DNA of 59,322 nt, from assembly GCA_963662265.2 (NCBI GenBank), contig CAXXHA010000009.1, forward strand, positions 1 to 59,322. Reading direction: 5' to 3'. Both the position numbers and the translations under genes were made by a program. The first letter of the stretch is position 1; every line of letters begins with the position of its first letter. The DNA is from Spirochaetia bacterium. Lineage in GTDB: Bacteria; Spirochaetota; Spirochaetia; CADAEX01. The notes under the pieces are model-generated. The model was not told the origin of the DNA. It searched no databases and saw only the letters and a list, made by a program, of their open reading frames with translations. Below, one piece after another: positions 57,578-59,322 of the stretch.

Positions 57578-57606
57578 AGTATAAGTTAAAAAAATAATTA
57601 TGTAAA
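57578..57606 (-). promoter_or_regulatory. sigma70-type promoter of the mre operon
   Basis: Minus strand TTTACA, 17 nt, TATACT, with a GGGAGG SD before mreB. Confidence 0.7.
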
Positions 57607-57624
57607 TTAATCATTTAATTTTTT

Positions 57625-58569
57625 TTAAAATAACTTTAACCGGGCACCGTAATGCTCGGGATCAATCCTGAGAGCTTTTCTCCATTCAGAACGGGCTTTT
57701 ACATTGTCACCGCTTCTTTCATAAATTTCTCCCAGCTTGTAATAAGCATCAGCAGAGCGGGGATTATTCTGAAGGATTTTATTCAGCATATCCTCCATCT
57801 TGATAATATCATTTCTCTTCTCATAAATTTCTGTGAGAAGGAAATAACTTTTTTCTTCAAGTTCCTTATCGGTAGTCTTGTTTGAAGTTCTTATCAGATA
57901 TTCTTCAGCCTTGTCATTCCGGTCAAGCTCAAGATATACCTGGGCAAGAGCAAGGTATAGAAGGTCTGACGGATTTTTCTCCACAGCCTTTTCGAAACAT
58001 TCGGCACTCCTGCTTTTCTGTCCTGTTGAGGAATATATCAGCCCCAGATACTCATAAACATCTTCCCCGACAAATCCGCCTTCGATGGATTTCTCAAGAT
58101 ACTTTGCAGCCAGGTCTGTATAGAAATGTCCCTTATGATAATATGCCTTACCCAGTACATAATATATTTCAAGGGCAAGTTTCTGATTTTCAAAAACAAG
58201 TGCTTTTCTGAGAGTAACAACTGATCTGTCTATAAAGGGGATTCTCTCTTCAAGTGAAAAACGGGAAAGACCTTCGTAGAAATTGGAAAAACCGTTAAAA
58301 ACGAGAGCATTAAAATCTGTGCTGTTCTTCATAAGAAGTTCATCAGTATATGCGATCAGTTCAGCATACTGATGGTTTTCCCACAATGTGACGATTTTTT
58401 CATTCTTTCCCGGTTTTTTATCAAAAGGAAGAGTTATCTTGTCGTTTTTTATCAGATTATAAACAGGATAGGAAACAGCCAGTATCATTAGAATTAATAT
58501 TAGTTTTCCGCTGATTCTCTTTTTCTTTCTTCTCTGCTTGAAACTGAATCTTTCGCCTGGCAGCTGCAC
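57625..58569 (-). CDS. Membrane-anchored tetratricopeptide repeat protein
   Basis: Basic N-terminus, one TM and several TPRs (e.g. ADAYYKLGEIYERSGDNVKARSEWRKALRIDP); GTG start with AAGGA SD. Confidence 0.88.
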   Translation of the reverse strand: MQLPGERFSFKQRRKKKRISGKLILILMILAVSYPVYNLIKNDKITLPFDKKPGKNEKIVTLWENHQYAELIAYTDELLMKNSTDFNALVFNGFSNFYEGLSRFSLEERIPFIDRSVVTLRKALVFENQKLALEIYYVLGKAYYHKGHFYTDLAAKYLEKSIEGGFVGEDVYEYLGLIYSSTGQKSRSAECFEKAVEKNPSDLLYLALAQVYLELDRNDKAEEYLIRTSNKTTDKELEEKSYFLLTEIYEKRNDIIKMEDMLNKILQNNPRSADAYYKLGEIYERSGDNVKARSEWRKALRIDPEHYGARLKLF

Positions 58570-58603
58570 TTATTAAATCCTTAATAATAAATTATATATA
58601 AAA

Positions 58604-59029
58604 AAGCAGGTCTGTAAGCCGGGTTCTGTCACCCTGTAAAGGGTGGATTACCATCTGTCTGTCAGAAAGATTGCCCTTCCTGTATAGCAGCCTACCCGCA
58701 GACCGGTCCGAAGACCCGGGCGAGCAACCCTGTCTGCTGCTTGGCTTTGCTCCTGATGAGGTTTACCATGCCTCTTCCGTTGCCGGAAAAGCGGTGAGCC
58801 CTTACCTCGCCTTTTCACCCTTACCAACAACAAACACCAAAGGTGTTCATCAGAAGGCGGTATATTTTCTGCGGCACTTTCTATCGCCGTAGGGATAAAC
58901 CCGGCGCTGCGCCCGAAAGCGCCTACCTGGCTTTGGTCCCGAAGACGTCCGGCCGTTAGCCGGCATCATGCTCTGCGGAGCCCGGACTTTCCTCCGGTTT
59001 TTTCAAACCGGCGGTAATCCGACCTGCTT
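58604..59029 (-). ncRNA. rnpB: RNase P RNA, bacterial type A
   Basis: GAGGAAAGUCCGGGCUC, AGUGCCGCAGAAA, GGGUGAAA...GGUAA, GGUAAACC...GAGCAA and ACAGAACCCGGCUUAC; P1 ends AAGCAGGUC/GACCUGCUU pair. Confidence 0.98.
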
Positions 59030-59112
59030 ATATATTAAAATCTGTTTTAAATATTGCCTTTTCCTCTTTAAGATAATGAAAAGCGGAAAAGTTTCAGCTG
59101 AATCTGAAAAAA

Positions 59113-59322
59113 CTAGTTTTCATATTCACTGTCTTCGTCATCCTCGCCTTCTGCCTCTTCCTCAGCTACAGCATCCAGGCTTTCTTCCATTGAGTCATCT
59201 TCGAAATCTTCTTCTTCCTCTTCTTCCTCAAAATCCTCTTCTTCTTCAAAATCATTATCTTCATCAAAATTATCATTATCAAAGATTTCAGGACTCTCAA
59301 AGAAATTACTGTTATCATCATA
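59113..59322 (-). CDS. 3' end of a gene with a highly acidic C-terminal tail, truncated by the window edge
   Basis: An open frame of 69 codons, YDDNSNFFESPEIFDND...EEEAEGEDDEDSEYEN*, ends at TAG 59115-59113. Confidence 0.75.
   Translation of the reverse strand, partial: YDDNSNFFESPEIFDNDNFDEDNDFEEEEDFEEEEEEEDFEDDSMEESLDAVAEEEAEGEDDEDSEYEN

Overview
AT-rich chromosomal window, most likely from a free-living spirochaete (Spirochaetota), inferred from a P83/100-family gene, a murD/femAB/metG neighbourhood and the rnpB-TPR-mreBCD-mrdA-rodA order. Housekeeping genes are dinB, dxs, murD, metG, hflKC, an RlmD-type methyltransferase, an ABC-F ATPase, mazG, a radical SAM fusion, the elongasome genes and RNase P RNA. 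An accessory block at about 27-48 kb holds the best candidate system: a six-gene energy-converting-hydrogenase-related (Ehr) membrane complex. Its large subunit lacks the Ni-binding cysteine motifs. The operon is led by a translationally coupled Xis/BldC-type HTH-PTS EIIA fusion, and three direct repeats with 10-bp period lie over its -35 box. The block also has a pspF/pspA/pspC module with a sigma54 promoter and three GGT-N7-ACC sites. Two small genes missing from the ORF track were found (a 2x[4Fe-4S] ferredoxin and a 29-aa basic protein), plus an unannotated rod-like ~177-nt ncRNA candidate and several structured leaders. Six genes between 5.3 and 13.1 kb carry frameshifts, mostly in homopolymer runs, which are probably assembly errors. 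No tRNA, rRNA, transposase, integrase or true CRISPR array was seen. All calls come from reading motifs by eye; no searches were run.
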